Source: Histomonas meleagridis 2922-C6/04-290x
Taxonomy: Eukaryota > Protista > Parabasalia
Direction: 5' to 3'
Assembly (NCBI GenBank): GCA_020184695.1
Contig: JAANOX010000018.1
Location: 124,001-188,000, forward strand
DNA: 64,000 nt
Shown here: one piece after another, positions 1 to 10,670 of the stretch
Layout of the letters: each line of letters begins with the position of its first letter
Position numbering within the stretch: the stretch's first letter is position 1
Notes under the pieces: generated by a model
Told to the model about the DNA's origin: nothing
Databases searched by the model: none
What the model saw: the letters and a program-made list of their open reading frames with translations, nothing else
Translations under genes and position numbers: made by a program

Positions 1-180
1 TAAAAAAATTTCGAACAGATTAATTTAACTGTACTTATTTAAAATTTTCACATGGAATAAGCATTTTTCTTTAAAATTTTAAAATTTTTATCGATGAAAA
101 ATGGAAAAAGACTAAAGTTTTTCAGTTGTTTACACGGGGCGCCCCAAAGGAGATTCAATTACCAGTTTTAAAAACTCCAA

Positions 181-921
181 ATGGGAAACACTCAATCAGG
201 GGAACAAGATGATAAAAAAATTCGTAGCAAATCCTCTTACTTTGGCGACAATGGTAGCTTTGGTGAAATGGATCACCGCGAAATAAAATCTGCAGTTAAA
301 CAACTTCAAGCACAAAGAATGCAATCTATGGATCCAGGTTATGGTACTTATCAACCACCTCAAAGCACGCAACTCAAAACAGCAATATCTGTGGGTAGAC
401 CAGATCCTTACATTTTAAATGTTAATGGAATTGATTTTCTTAGCTTTGGAATCAAAACCGAGGCATCATGCAAGATCGTTGTAACTGCCAACGGAAATAT
501 AAATTCATTCCGAATTCCAGCTTCAGATCGTATTGTATACTCAATTCCAATTCCTGCGTATACAAGTTTTGATCTTGAGATCACACCAGAGGCTGGAGAA
601 ATTCAGCCGTCTACTGGAGGATTTACCAATGTTTTAAAGCACATACTCAAATTTAAACTTTTATCTGATGAAGGAGAAATGTATTTCAATTTCGATCAGC
701 AGCAGCTCTTAACAAGCAACGAAGTGTTTACAATTGCCGTTGGAAAACGTTGTCGGATGGAAAATAGCAACGAAACAGAAAAATGTTGTATTTGCAGAAC
801 AAATGATGCGTCAATTGCAATTGCGCCATGTGGACATAAGGTCCTTTGTGATGACTGTTTAGAAGTCAAACAAGCAAAATTACATCACTGTCCATATTGT
901 AATTCTTTGTCATCATTCTAA
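181..921 (+). CDS. RING-HC E3 ubiquitin ligase (MGRN1/RNF157/LOG2-like), probably N-myristoylated
   Basis: C-terminal CCIC..PCGH..LCDDC..CPYC C3HC4 RING; N-terminus MGNTQS fits the myristoylation consensus. Confidence 0.8.
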   Translation: MGNTQSGEQDDKKIRSKSSYFGDNGSFGEMDHREIKSAVKQLQAQRMQSMDPGYGTYQPPQSTQLKTAISVGRPDPYILNVNGIDFLSFGIKTEASCKIVVTANGNINSFRIPASDRIVYSIPIPAYTSFDLEITPEAGEIQPSTGGFTNVLKHILKFKLLSDEGEMYFNFDQQQLLTSNEVFTIAVGKRCRMENSNETEKCCICRTNDASIAIAPCGHKVLCDDCLEVKQAKLHHCPYCNSLSSF

Positions 922-1108
922 AAGATGGTTTTATTATTTTTAAATTGATTTATTGGATTCCGGAGTCGTTTTATTTTTCGTTAATTGTTGTGGAAATATT
1001 TGTTTTTTTTGTTGAATTAAATTAAAATTTTAACTAAAGAAATTTTCTAACAATTTTTCGCTTGTCAAAGCATTTTGAATGTAACTATTTTTGCCTAAGC
1101 TTGGTCAC

Positions 1109-1114
1109 TCACTT
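1109..1114 (+). promoter_or_regulatory. Parabasalid initiator (Inr)-like element TCACTT
   Basis: TCACTT 7 nt upstream of ATG 1121; matches the trichomonad Inr consensus TCA(T/C)T(T/A). Confidence 0.5.
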
Positions 1115-1120
1115 TTGGAG

Positions 1121-1969
1121 ATGGCAACAATTTGTGGAAATCCTTTTCCTTATGGCCCGAAAATTGCATCAGATGAGCAAGACGAAAGAGAAGAAGCTCT
1201 TGCTGAAATTATTGAATGGTTAAAAAAACAAACACAATTTGATGAAGAAGACGGACAAAAGCTTTGGTATGTTCTTATTAATGGCCTCTGGAAGACAGAT
1301 ATGGTATTAGTTCAACATTCATTTTGCAAAAAAATTTCTGCTATATTATTTAAGATTCCACAACAATTTGTCAAGACTTTTATGTCCACATTCTTTTCAG
1401 GGATGGCCAAACAGTGGGGCCAACTTGATAAATGGAGGATTGAAAAGTTTTTAGTTCTTGTCAGGTATTTTCTGAATACAATAATTGAATGGTGTCAAAA
1501 AAACAATGAAATTGAATTCCTCTTACAATTATTTAATGAAGTATTATCATTAGAAACAGGCACAGGTCTTCAATTACAATTCATTGATGTAATTACTGAG
1601 CCACTCACAAAACTCATAAAAGAAAACACTAAAAAAAATTCGAAACTTGCAAAGCCATTTTTCGAAGTGTTCTCATCAGCTACCACAAAAACAGGATTAG
1701 TTTTAAGGATCCATGAAAAACTTGTCGAGCCATTAATTAATAGCGATGGCGAATTTTTCTTTGGAAATGACGTCGAAGCGTCTCTGAACTTCTTTAGATA
1801 CTTCATTAACATACTTAATAAGTCTTTAAAGACGCCAGCCGAAGTTGTGCAACAAGTCTTGCAATTAAGATATGACGTTGCGGCGCAAGTGAGGTTGGAA
1901 ATTAAGACAATATTAGAGGTGCAAAGTCAATTAGGAAAACCTGCTGAAAAAATAACAACAAATGAATAA
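1121..1969 (+). CDS. RRP1: RRP1/Nop52 family rRNA-processing protein
   Basis: LWYVLINGLWKTDMVLVQ and QWGQLDKWRIEKFLVLVR match Nop52 motifs; ATG at 1121 (track start is TTG). Confidence 0.8.
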   Translation: MATICGNPFPYGPKIASDEQDEREEALAEIIEWLKKQTQFDEEDGQKLWYVLINGLWKTDMVLVQHSFCKKISAILFKIPQQFVKTFMSTFFSGMAKQWGQLDKWRIEKFLVLVRYFLNTIIEWCQKNNEIEFLLQLFNEVLSLETGTGLQLQFIDVITEPLTKLIKENTKKNSKLAKPFFEVFSSATTKTGLVLRIHEKLVEPLINSDGEFFFGNDVEASLNFFRYFINILNKSLKTPAEVVQQVLQLRYDVAAQVRLEIKTILEVQSQLGKPAEKITTNE

Positions 1970-2381
1970 AGATATTATTAATATATTATTAATATATTTG
2001 TATGGAGTTTAACTTTTTGGTAATAAAACGAATGAATAAATGTGTTCGGGTTTAAGGGAAGAAATGACATAAAATTTTAAAATTAAGATTGGATACAATT
2101 TGTATTTTGAAACTGTAAAATAAATTTAAAATTGAAGCATCGGCAAAAAGAGGAGATTGATATGTTATGTGAATAGAGAAGGAAAAAATCGGATATATCT
2201 TCAAAAATTAATAATTATTTATAAATCATAATGAAACAAGGAAGAGCAACAATTTTGGCTATTAGGCTGCTTCTTACTGAAATTGGTCTAATGAAATAAA
2301 ATCACGATATCTTGGGAAAACACACAGCTTTAAGGTTCATCATACGTTAAACATTAACGGTCTCTGGCTTCTGTAAGAAAA

Positions 2382-3674
2382 ATGAAAAAAAAGAGTACAT
2401 CAAAAAAGAAAAAAATAGCTGAAATCACAGATCCTAAAATTCGACGATGCTCTTCTTGTGGTAAGCATTTCAAAGCAGGAGAAACATATGTTCTTTGTAC
2501 TAAATGTGCAGGATTTTTTCTATGTTTGGAATGTTACTCTATTGGTGCTGAAGCAAAAGGCCATCTCAGATCTCATCCATGTATAGCAATTGAGCCACAA
2601 AATCAAGAAATTTATCAAGAAGGATGGACAGCTGAAGAAGAAGCACTTCTCTTATACTCGATTCAATCGTGCGGTTTAGATAACTGGCATGCAGTTTCTG
2701 ATGTTGTTCTAACGAAAACTCCTATAGAATGCGAATGTCATTATAATGATACATATCTTTTATCAACAAATTCACCATATCCCACTCAGAAAATAATTCC
2801 GCCTAGCACTCTCCCTCCACCTCCTGATTATGACACATCACCAAGAGAATCATGTCCTTCAATTGCACATGACAAAAATCTGGCATTACTAAATAAGAAA
2901 GAAAAAACCACACCAGCTGAGTATGCAGGTTGGATGCCGCGTCGCCATGAGTTCGAAGTAGAATATCTTAATGATGCCGAACAATTAATTTCCGATATTT
3001 CATTTTCAGAGAGCGATGAAACCATAGCATCACTTGAAAAGAAGCTCAAGTCCCTTCGTATCTATAATGAGCAGCTTGAGGAGCGTCATTTTCGAATTGA
3101 CTTTGCCATTGATTATGGCATGCTCGATAAAGAATTCAAGACGTTTGGCGCTGAAACAAAAACAGAGAAAGAAATGGAAGAAACTTTAATTCCTCTTGCT
3201 CAAATTCTTCCTCGTGACGTTCTCGAGAACTTTATTCGATCATGCGAAAAAGAAGTTCGACTTAAAGAACAGATCAAAAACTATAGAAAGTGGCGTCAAA
3301 ACGGAATTATAACGCGTGATGAGGGACTTCTTTTTGATAAACTTGAACAACTTCTTGAGAAGGACAAGTTGCAACAATCCGCAATTGATCAATGGAATCA
3401 AGAAGTTGTTGCTCAAGCAGAATCGCCTGAATTTAGAGCAACGATTGAGACGCAGCTTCTAAGTGAAGAAGAAACAAAATTATGTCGAGAATTAAGCATT
3501 TCGCCTCACAGCTATTTAAGAATTAAAACGTTGTTACTAAGTGAGTTCACAGTTTATGGGGAAATGTCATTGGAAAAAGCTGTTTCATTCATGCCAAACC
3601 ACAGAAATGTAATTTCTTCAATTTATGAGTGTTTGAAAAACCAGGGATTGTTTGTGAAAGCACCTGGTTATTAA
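2382..3674 (+). CDS. ADA2: Transcriptional adaptor ADA2 (ZZ finger, SANT, SWIRM-like C-terminus)
   Basis: ZZ finger CSSC..CTKC..CLEC..H..H; GWTAEEEALLL SANT; GWMPRRHEFEVEYLNDAE hallmark. Confidence 0.92.
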   Translation: MKKKSTSKKKKIAEITDPKIRRCSSCGKHFKAGETYVLCTKCAGFFLCLECYSIGAEAKGHLRSHPCIAIEPQNQEIYQEGWTAEEEALLLYSIQSCGLDNWHAVSDVVLTKTPIECECHYNDTYLLSTNSPYPTQKIIPPSTLPPPPDYDTSPRESCPSIAHDKNLALLNKKEKTTPAEYAGWMPRRHEFEVEYLNDAEQLISDISFSESDETIASLEKKLKSLRIYNEQLEERHFRIDFAIDYGMLDKEFKTFGAETKTEKEMEETLIPLAQILPRDVLENFIRSCEKEVRLKEQIKNYRKWRQNGIITRDEGLLFDKLEQLLEKDKLQQSAIDQWNQEVVAQAESPEFRATIETQLLSEEETKLCRELSISPHSYLRIKTLLLSEFTVYGEMSLEKAVSFMPNHRNVISSIYECLKNQGLFVKAPGY

Positions 3675-3941
3675 TAAATGTTTGTTTTATGTAGAATGTA
3701 TCATTTTATATTTTGAAATCACACATATGGACTTTATTATATGTATTGAATAAAGTTACTCTAAAATGAGAAAAATTTTTTTTTACTTCTTTTATTTTTT
3801 CTTCCTTTGCTAGTCGTTAAAAGTGGGAGTATACTAATTCTGAACTAAAATATTTTTATACATTAATATCAAGTGCGGAAATACATAAAATGTAGGATCG
3901 AAAGATTTAACAATCGAAATTTCAAAAAACGTCATTATTGC

Positions 3942-3991
3942 ATCTCCTACTTATTTAATCGTTAATCTCCTACTTATTTAATCGTTAATCT
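3942..3991. repeat. Tandem duplication, 2 x 23 bp (atctcctacttatttaatcgtta)
   Basis: Exact adjacent copies at 3942-3964 and 3965-3987. Confidence 0.9.
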
Positions 3992-4093
3992 AATAATATT
4001 ATTAAAAAAAATATTACAGGATTTAAAGTTAAAGGAAATGCATTTGCTTTCATTTGACCGAACAAATGCGAACAGACATTCGCAATTTAATTT

Positions 4094-4873
4094 ATGAATC
4101 GGACTTCTGAGTTTTTTAACTATCTGAAGCAAAGTCCACATCAAAATGTTTCACAATCTCGTCCACCTAAGAGCCCTTCTAAATTTACTGCTGCTGCAAA
4201 TGATATCAAGTCACGTCTTTTGTATGCATCTGATTCAATCGATACACTTCGTTCCCAAATGAAAAACGAAAGTTCATTCTTCCAAGACGAGCCACAGATC
4301 CAAGAACTCATTTTTAATTTAAACCAAGACATTGGATTTATTAACAAAAAAATTCTCGAATTAGAACAAATGAAGCCACAACCTCCTCATGGATATAACG
4401 TTGCACAAAGTCTCCGTCGTGTTCTTGTTGCTATTACTGAAGATTTCAAGACTGTTATCCAAGAAAGAAGTGAATCAATTCAGGAAATTTCGCAAAGAAG
4501 ACAAAATTTCGGAACAACAAATGCGCCAACAACTTTTTCCACCACGTATTCTGCTGACGAAGTCGAGATTCCAATGCAAGGCTTAATGATGGAAGAGCAA
4601 CATCAAAGAGAGCGTTACGATATGGTTCGAAATGTTGAACAATCAATCAACGAAATCTCACAAATGTTTGTTAGGCTTTCAGAGATTATTGCTTCCCAAG
4701 ATTATGAAGTATTTCGAATCGACCAAAACACAGAAGATGCGTTAAATAGCGTTAAAGAAGGACAAAGACAGCTAATGGACTATTTCACCAAGATAAAAGG
4801 GAACAAATGCTTGATGTTGAAGATATTTGCAATCTTAATTGTTTTCTCATTGGTGTTTATATTAATTGTATGA
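4094..4873 (+). CDS. STX5: Syntaxin-5/Sed5 Qa-SNARE
   Basis: N-peptide NRTSEF; SNARE motif VRNVEQSINEISQMF..IASQ..RIDQN; C-terminal TM helix. Confidence 0.85.
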   Translation: MNRTSEFFNYLKQSPHQNVSQSRPPKSPSKFTAAANDIKSRLLYASDSIDTLRSQMKNESSFFQDEPQIQELIFNLNQDIGFINKKILELEQMKPQPPHGYNVAQSLRRVLVAITEDFKTVIQERSESIQEISQRRQNFGTTNAPTTFSTTYSADEVEIPMQGLMMEEQHQRERYDMVRNVEQSINEISQMFVRLSEIIASQDYEVFRIDQNTEDALNSVKEGQRQLMDYFTKIKGNKCLMLKIFAILIVFSLVFILIV

Positions 4874-5473
4874 AAAATAAATTTGTATAAAATCTGTAAA
4901 TTTTGTATTTTGTTGCTGAAATTAAAATTTAAAATTGGGACTTTAATTTTTAAATTGAACTTTTTTTTTGTAAATTTTTGTTTCCACCAATTAACGGTAC
5001 AATTTGTAAAAATATATTCTTTCCATTAATATATTAAACATATAATATTTTTCAAAATAAATTGAATTCTTTTTTAAATGTTTGAAAATAAATAACATTT
5101 CTTAAATACCAAACGCAACGAATGCTTTATCAATTCTGGTTTTAGTAAAAATGTGCTCCGTTAATTCATTTCTTTCGTTACGATAAATCATTGCTTTTTA
5201 TTCCTTTCACGATTAACCGTTGCTCGAACAATTGTTTCATTTTTACACAAAAATTGTGAGGGCAAAGAAAACGTTAGCATTGTTTCATCGCAAACATTTC
5301 AGAAAATACTGTTTTTTTTGGTGAAACAATCATTGATCAATAATTATTAGAAAATTTACTTTTTTTGAATTTTTACTTGGTCAGAAATTCCACTTTTGAA
5401 TATATTATCGATAGCAACAAAGACTGTTTGTCAATTTAATTGCTTCAATTCAATTTTTCTAAAACCACCAAAA

Positions 5474-8299
5474 ATGTTTTTCATCTTGCCACTCCTCTCG
5501 TACTCCATAGTTGAAATTATTGTCAACAATATAACGTATGCAACAGGGGAAACATTAGGTGGAGCATTCATTAATGCATCATCAATCAACAAATCTATTG
5601 ATTTTTCAGAACTTGAAATTCTTAGTGGTACTATTACTTATACAGACACTGAGGTACAAGTAAGTGATATATATAAAAAAGTCCGTTTTTTAACAATATC
5701 TAGCAACGTGACATATGGCGATCAAAATTCTTTTCATTTATTCTTCTTTGGTGGATTTTTAAATGTAGAAGTTGTCAATTACTACGCGCCTGTTGACACA
5801 ACTAGCGATTATCAATTTTCTCAATGTCAAAAATTACAATCCATTTATTTTTCAAACATTACTGGAATTGGAGCTTCAACATTTTGGTATTGTAATGATT
5901 TGGTTAAATTCGAAGCGCCAACACTAGTTTATATTGGTCCTAATGCTTTTGAATGTTGTAATAGCATTGAAACATTATCATTTCCAAATGTTTCCAAAAT
6001 ATCAGAAAATTCGTTTGCATACTGTTTAAAGCTTCATACCATTGATCTTCCAGAATTAAGGGAAGTTGGTGAAGCTTCATTTACGTATTGTTATAAAATT
6101 CAAGCAGTTAATTTCCCCAAACTTGAAAATGTTTCCGATTCAATGTTTTCCCATTGTACTGCACTAGAGGATGCTGAATTACCTGAGATAAAAGTCATCA
6201 AGCCTTACGGCTTCACATTCTGCTTTTCTTTACACGAAGTAAAGTTTGCAAATGTTGTTTTGGCCGAAGAAGGAGCTTTTTCTTCATGTCTCTCACTTGA
6301 AAGCATATACTTACCTTCATTAACTGATGCAGGCTATGCCTTTATTGAGACCTGCCTTTCGTTAAAAAATCTTTCGTTACCAAATATAATTCGTATACCA
6401 GATTATTTATTTTACAACGCAGATATTCCAGAACATGTATACTTCCCAAAAATTGAAACTATTGGAACATATGCATTCCATGGGTCAAGAGTTGTTCAAC
6501 CATTTTTTGAAAATGTCACATCAATTGATGATTATGCATTTTGTTATTGTAGTTTTGAAATAGATACTATTTCATTTCCCTACTGCACGACAGTTGGAAA
6601 TTTTGTTTTTAGGGGTGCTATTGATATCAGATTTGTATCATTTCCAATATTAGAAGAATGTGGGCAGTACATGTTTTTCGGCTGTCCCCTCATTGAGAGC
6701 TTAGATTTACCATCACTTATTCGATGTGAACCATATGCATTTGCTGGGATGGAATATTTACAGAATATTTCTCTTCCTAAACTTGTTGTGATTGGTAGTA
6801 GCCCATTTTTTTCGTCAACAAACATTAAAAACATTGATTTATCCAGTCTTCAAAATGCAGGAGACAACTTCTTGACGACCGTTAAAATAAGTGAATTCAC
6901 TTTAGAAAAGTTGAATTCAATTGGATCGAATGCTTTCTCCAACGAAGTCATTGAAAAAGTTTATTTTCCGAACGTCGAAACCGTTGGCGATTATTTTATG
7001 TATAATTGTAGTAATTTAGTTGAAGTTAATTTACCTAATCTTAAATCCATTGGCTCATATGCGTTTAGTTATTGTGAGAAATTAATTTCGATTCATTTAC
7101 CTAAACTTAATCATTTTGAGATTCAATTATTTGATCATTGTAATATTCAAAGTATTACTTTACCAGATATTATTCATATTAATGGCACCATTGCTAGTGA
7201 TTGTCATAATTTAGAGCACATTAATTTAACACGAGTCATATATATCTTGGACACAATCTTTATTAATTGCGACAACTTAAAAGAACTTAACTTAAACACT
7301 GTAACCACAGTAAATAATGGGCCAATAGCCATTCATTGTAATCAATTAACAAACATATCTATGGATTCATTAATGTTATCACCAGAAGGACTATTTGCAA
7401 ATATAAATAGTCTTCAATATGCGTCACTTAAAAAACTGAATTCATCTAATGGAAGATTATTCTACAATTGTACAAGTCTTAAGACGTTTGAGTTACCAAG
7501 TTTAGAGCGTGGCGAAGGAAGTAGTGATTTTGCATATTGTACATCAATAGAGACAATTAACATACCATTGTTAGTTCGTATCCCATCTGGTCGTACAACA
7601 TTTATCCAATGCACTTCATTAGTCACAATTAACTTACCAACAATTGTTAAAATTGGCGATGCGTCATTTTTTGGATGTTATAACTTAAAGAATGTCGGAT
7701 TAGGACGTCTTACAACGATACCCACGTATTGTTTTGCTGGTTGTTCATCGATTGAATCATTATCATTAGATTCAGTCACATTATTAGAAGGCGATTTTCA
7801 GTTCTATAATTGCGTCAAGTTGAAGTACATTTATATGCCATTGTTAGGTACTATAACGCCAATTACGGCAACACATGCATTCACAAATACGAATTTAACA
7901 ATTTTAAGACTTCCAAGTACACCACCGGAAACATTTAACGATGATGCATTCGGCGAATTGGCAAATAGAATTAGTCTTTGTTTGCCTTCTGAAAGCGCTT
8001 ATGAGAACTACGTATGTAACACGACCGGATGCGACGTGGAACATTGGAAAGGTATTAACATTACTATAAACGAAAGACTCAAAGCGAAATGTAATGGTTA
8101 CACTGAATTCGTAATAATTAAAGACGGAACATCAGAGACTTCGACAACAACGATCATTGTGGTCGTAGCGATTGTGCTGTTCTTACTGATTGTGGCAATC
8201 GCTTTGTTCACATACCTATATAGGAAAAAGAATAAGGAGAAAAAGGCAGTCGAAAGTACGCCGCACGTAAATATATCTATTGTGGATTCGATTTTATGA
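5474..8299 (+). CDS. BspA-like (LRR_5) type I surface protein
   Basis: Many xLPxLxxIGxxAFxxCxxL repeats; hydrophobic N-terminus from ATG 5474; TM helix plus YRKK near the C-terminus. Confidence 0.92.
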   Translation: MFFILPLLSYSIVEIIVNNITYATGETLGGAFINASSINKSIDFSELEILSGTITYTDTEVQVSDIYKKVRFLTISSNVTYGDQNSFHLFFFGGFLNVEVVNYYAPVDTTSDYQFSQCQKLQSIYFSNITGIGASTFWYCNDLVKFEAPTLVYIGPNAFECCNSIETLSFPNVSKISENSFAYCLKLHTIDLPELREVGEASFTYCYKIQAVNFPKLENVSDSMFSHCTALEDAELPEIKVIKPYGFTFCFSLHEVKFANVVLAEEGAFSSCLSLESIYLPSLTDAGYAFIETCLSLKNLSLPNIIRIPDYLFYNADIPEHVYFPKIETIGTYAFHGSRVVQPFFENVTSIDDYAFCYCSFEIDTISFPYCTTVGNFVFRGAIDIRFVSFPILEECGQYMFFGCPLIESLDLPSLIRCEPYAFAGMEYLQNISLPKLVVIGSSPFFSSTNIKNIDLSSLQNAGDNFLTTVKISEFTLEKLNSIGSNAFSNEVIEKVYFPNVETVGDYFMYNCSNLVEVNLPNLKSIGSYAFSYCEKLISIHLPKLNHFEIQLFDHCNIQSITLPDIIHINGTIASDCHNLEHINLTRVIYILDTIFINCDNLKELNLNTVTTVNNGPIAIHCNQLTNISMDSLMLSPEGLFANINSLQYASLKKLNSSNGRLFYNCTSLKTFELPSLERGEGSSDFAYCTSIETINIPLLVRIPSGRTTFIQCTSLVTINLPTIVKIGDASFFGCYNLKNVGLGRLTTIPTYCFAGCSSIESLSLDSVTLLEGDFQFYNCVKLKYIYMPLLGTITPITATHAFTNTNLTILRLPSTPPETFNDDAFGELANRISLCLPSESAYENYVCNTTGCDVEHWKGINITINERLKAKCNGYTEFVIIKDGTSETSTTTIIVVVAIVLFLLIVAIALFTYLYRKKNKEKKAVESTPHVNISIVDSIL

Positions 8300-8355
8300 G
8301 TAAACGGTAATTGTTTTTAATTTTGAGTGCAATATACATAAAATTGATAATTAAA

Positions 8356-8534
8356 TAAAATGTTCGTTCGATTGCGAATTTATGTTTGAGTGAATAAGAA
8401 CTTCTGTATGCAAAACAATGCGAATTAAATTTCGATTTATTTGTTGAATTTAGAATAACAAAAAGACTTAAAGAAATCAATGGTTAAAATGTTTGTTCGA
8501 TTGCGAATTTATGTTTGTGTGAATGATAACTTCT
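8356..8534. repeat. Imperfect ~50-bp direct repeat (8356-8405 and 8485-8534)
   Basis: taaaatgttYgttcgattgcgaatttatgtttgWgtgaat..aacttct occurs twice, 129 bp apart. Confidence 0.85.
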
Positions 8535-8654
8535 TTGGATGTGTTCTAAGTCAGGTTTTGTTTTAAAGGTTGATTTATTTTTGGAATAAAACTATAATCT
8601 ATCGACCTTATATAAGGTAGACAAAGTCCTTTTGAGGTCTATTTTTATCTGTTA

Positions 8655-8841
8655 CCAATAAAATTATATTTGAATATTGTTTAAATTATTTTGAACAGTA
8701 CCAATAATTATTTCTTTGAAAGGTAATACAGACATAGATAAACTACTTATTGAACAAGAAGGTATTGCTAATGTTTATTTTTTCAAAATTTATTTTAATA
8801 ATTTTCTATTTCGAAATAATATTTGGGAATTAATTAAACAG
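8655..8841 (+). pseudogene. Orphan decayed ankyrin unit carrying 17-nt elements
   Basis: Encodes TVPIIISLKGNTDIDKLLIEQEGI, flanked by elements matching the 43-44 kb array: ATTTATTTTAATAATTT-TCT-ATTTCGAAATAATATTT-GGG. Confidence 0.8.
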
Positions 8842-8958
8842 ATTTTTCATTTTCATAATTCCATTTAATCGCATGTTTATCATTATTTGCAAATTAATTA
8901 ATTCACAACATTACCTCAAAAAAATTTGTTTTATTTCGTATTTAATGAAATTATTTAT

Positions 8959-10080
8959 TTATTCAGATTTTGGCATATATACATTTCCAGCAAACAATAT
9001 TGCATTTGTTGAATTGTTCATTATCACGAAAAAGAAAGGGTGGTTTACCCAAATTATTTGTGGCTCGCTATTAAAAGAAAATCCGCCGGATTTCTTATGG
9101 AATTCCAATACTGACACAGCAGCTGCGACTGTTGAAGTCTCAGAAACATCGATTTTTGCTTTCTGATAAAATCCTGTAACATAATACTGGAATTCTTCGT
9201 TAGGGCATTCAGCATTTTCCGAGAAAATCAAATTCATTCCAAGTGATTTCATAACAGGAATAAGGTCTATGTCGGATGACAATTCGAACTTTGGCATTAT
9301 TAATCTGATTTTGGTGTTTGACATCGAATTGATTCCATTCATAAATTCTTCTTCAGTGATTTCTGGTGGTGTTATTTTATATGGAAGACAAATAACCATC
9401 GAATAATCATCTTGGTAAGGAATACAAACCATTTTAAAAGTAGGAAGATTGGCTACTGGTAAGTTGATGGAATTGATAACCATGTACCTCATTGGAATTG
9501 AATCATCATATGTAAATTTCCATATGTCATTTGGGCTTTGAGCTTTCATATCAAATTTGGTCTTCCATTTAGAGTTAAAGTATATTGCATTGATTAAAAC
9601 CATAGATGTATCACTCCTTAAGTTATCAACGACTTTGGGAATTACACCTCCTGTGGCTCTTTTGGCCGCTGAGTTGATCATGCTCGTTGCCGGTTCTGGA
9701 AAAATTTCTTGTTCAATTTTAATTCCGACATCATCAAGACACTTAAATAAAGAGTTTGGGATATTTAAAAGTTTGTTGACCCAAATTTGATTGTATGTAT
9801 TAACACAACTCCTACTTTCTTGATCAATCAAGGTTCGAAGTTCTGAAGCAATTACTTCATCTGAAACGTCATTGTCAAGTTTAAGTATTTTAATAATTTC
9901 AGATCTGGTTTGTCCCTTGAATAATGATGGTGTCATTGACAAAATTATATAAATACTGATTGGTGAAACAATGTTATTCTTTTCAGGTTCTGCCAATAAC
10001 TTAAACATGTCAAACGCTAGCTTGTTTGAATTTCTTGTGTTCTTGGATGGCTCTGAAAGAAATGATAAGAATCCCCCCAT
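8959..10080 (-). CDS. Serpin, intracellular type
   Basis: NNIVSPISI, VLINAIYFNSKWKTKF, hinge ETSTVAAAVS, C-terminal VNHPFFFVI; ATG at 10080. Confidence 0.93.
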   Translation of the reverse strand: MGGFLSFLSEPSKNTRNSNKLAFDMFKLLAEPEKNNIVSPISIYIILSMTPSLFKGQTRSEIIKILKLDNDVSDEVIASELRTLIDQESRSCVNTYNQIWVNKLLNIPNSLFKCLDDVGIKIEQEIFPEPATSMINSAAKRATGGVIPKVVDNLRSDTSMVLINAIYFNSKWKTKFDMKAQSPNDIWKFTYDDSIPMRYMVINSINLPVANLPTFKMVCIPYQDDYSMVICLPYKITPPEITEEEFMNGINSMSNTKIRLIMPKFELSSDIDLIPVMKSLGMNLIFSENAECPNEEFQYYVTGFYQKAKIDVSETSTVAAAVSVLEFHKKSGGFSFNSEPQIIWVNHPFFFVIMNNSTNAILFAGNVYMPKSE

Positions 10081-10670
10081 TTCCAACCTTCAAATTTAAA
10101 TGTGAAGTGATATCGTAAATCAATTTCAGAACATTACACTAACGTTGGGCTCTGTTGAATCGATAAACCGTTATCAGCTGATAAAGCCGTTTATTTTATC
10201 GATATTTATCAATCCCCATCCTTACATTACACCCCACAGAGAATTCGTTTTAAGGTTGCTTAAAAAATAAAAGTTCTCGATAAATCTTCTAATTGTGGAA
10301 AGTTATTAATATATTTTTAATTTTTGCACCAAGAATTAATTTAAAGGAATTCAAAATTTTCTTTATATCAATGCATTTGGTTGCGATTTCCATTCGTTTT
10401 TGTGTTTTTCGATTATTTGTTATTTAATATGTTGTAATGTTTTTCATTTTGGGTAAAAATAGAGCAAAATGTGCATTGTGTTGCCAACATTCTGATTAAA
10501 TAATCACTTAACATGAAAAACAATGTGAATCTGTGTGCTGCAGCAATCTGCCTAAGATGAAAAACATTAATATGATGATAGCTAATAATTTGAAATAGAG
10601 AGAGCATTAAAACTTAATTATTAAATTTTAAAATAAAAATGTTTATTTAGAAGAATAAAAATGTAGTAAG

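Noticed and set aside
5396-5473. TTG/GTG-initiated N-terminal extensions in the ORF track (also 1091, 13184, 15295, 48052)
   Set aside because: Eukaryotic genes; the downstream ATG matches the family N-terminus.
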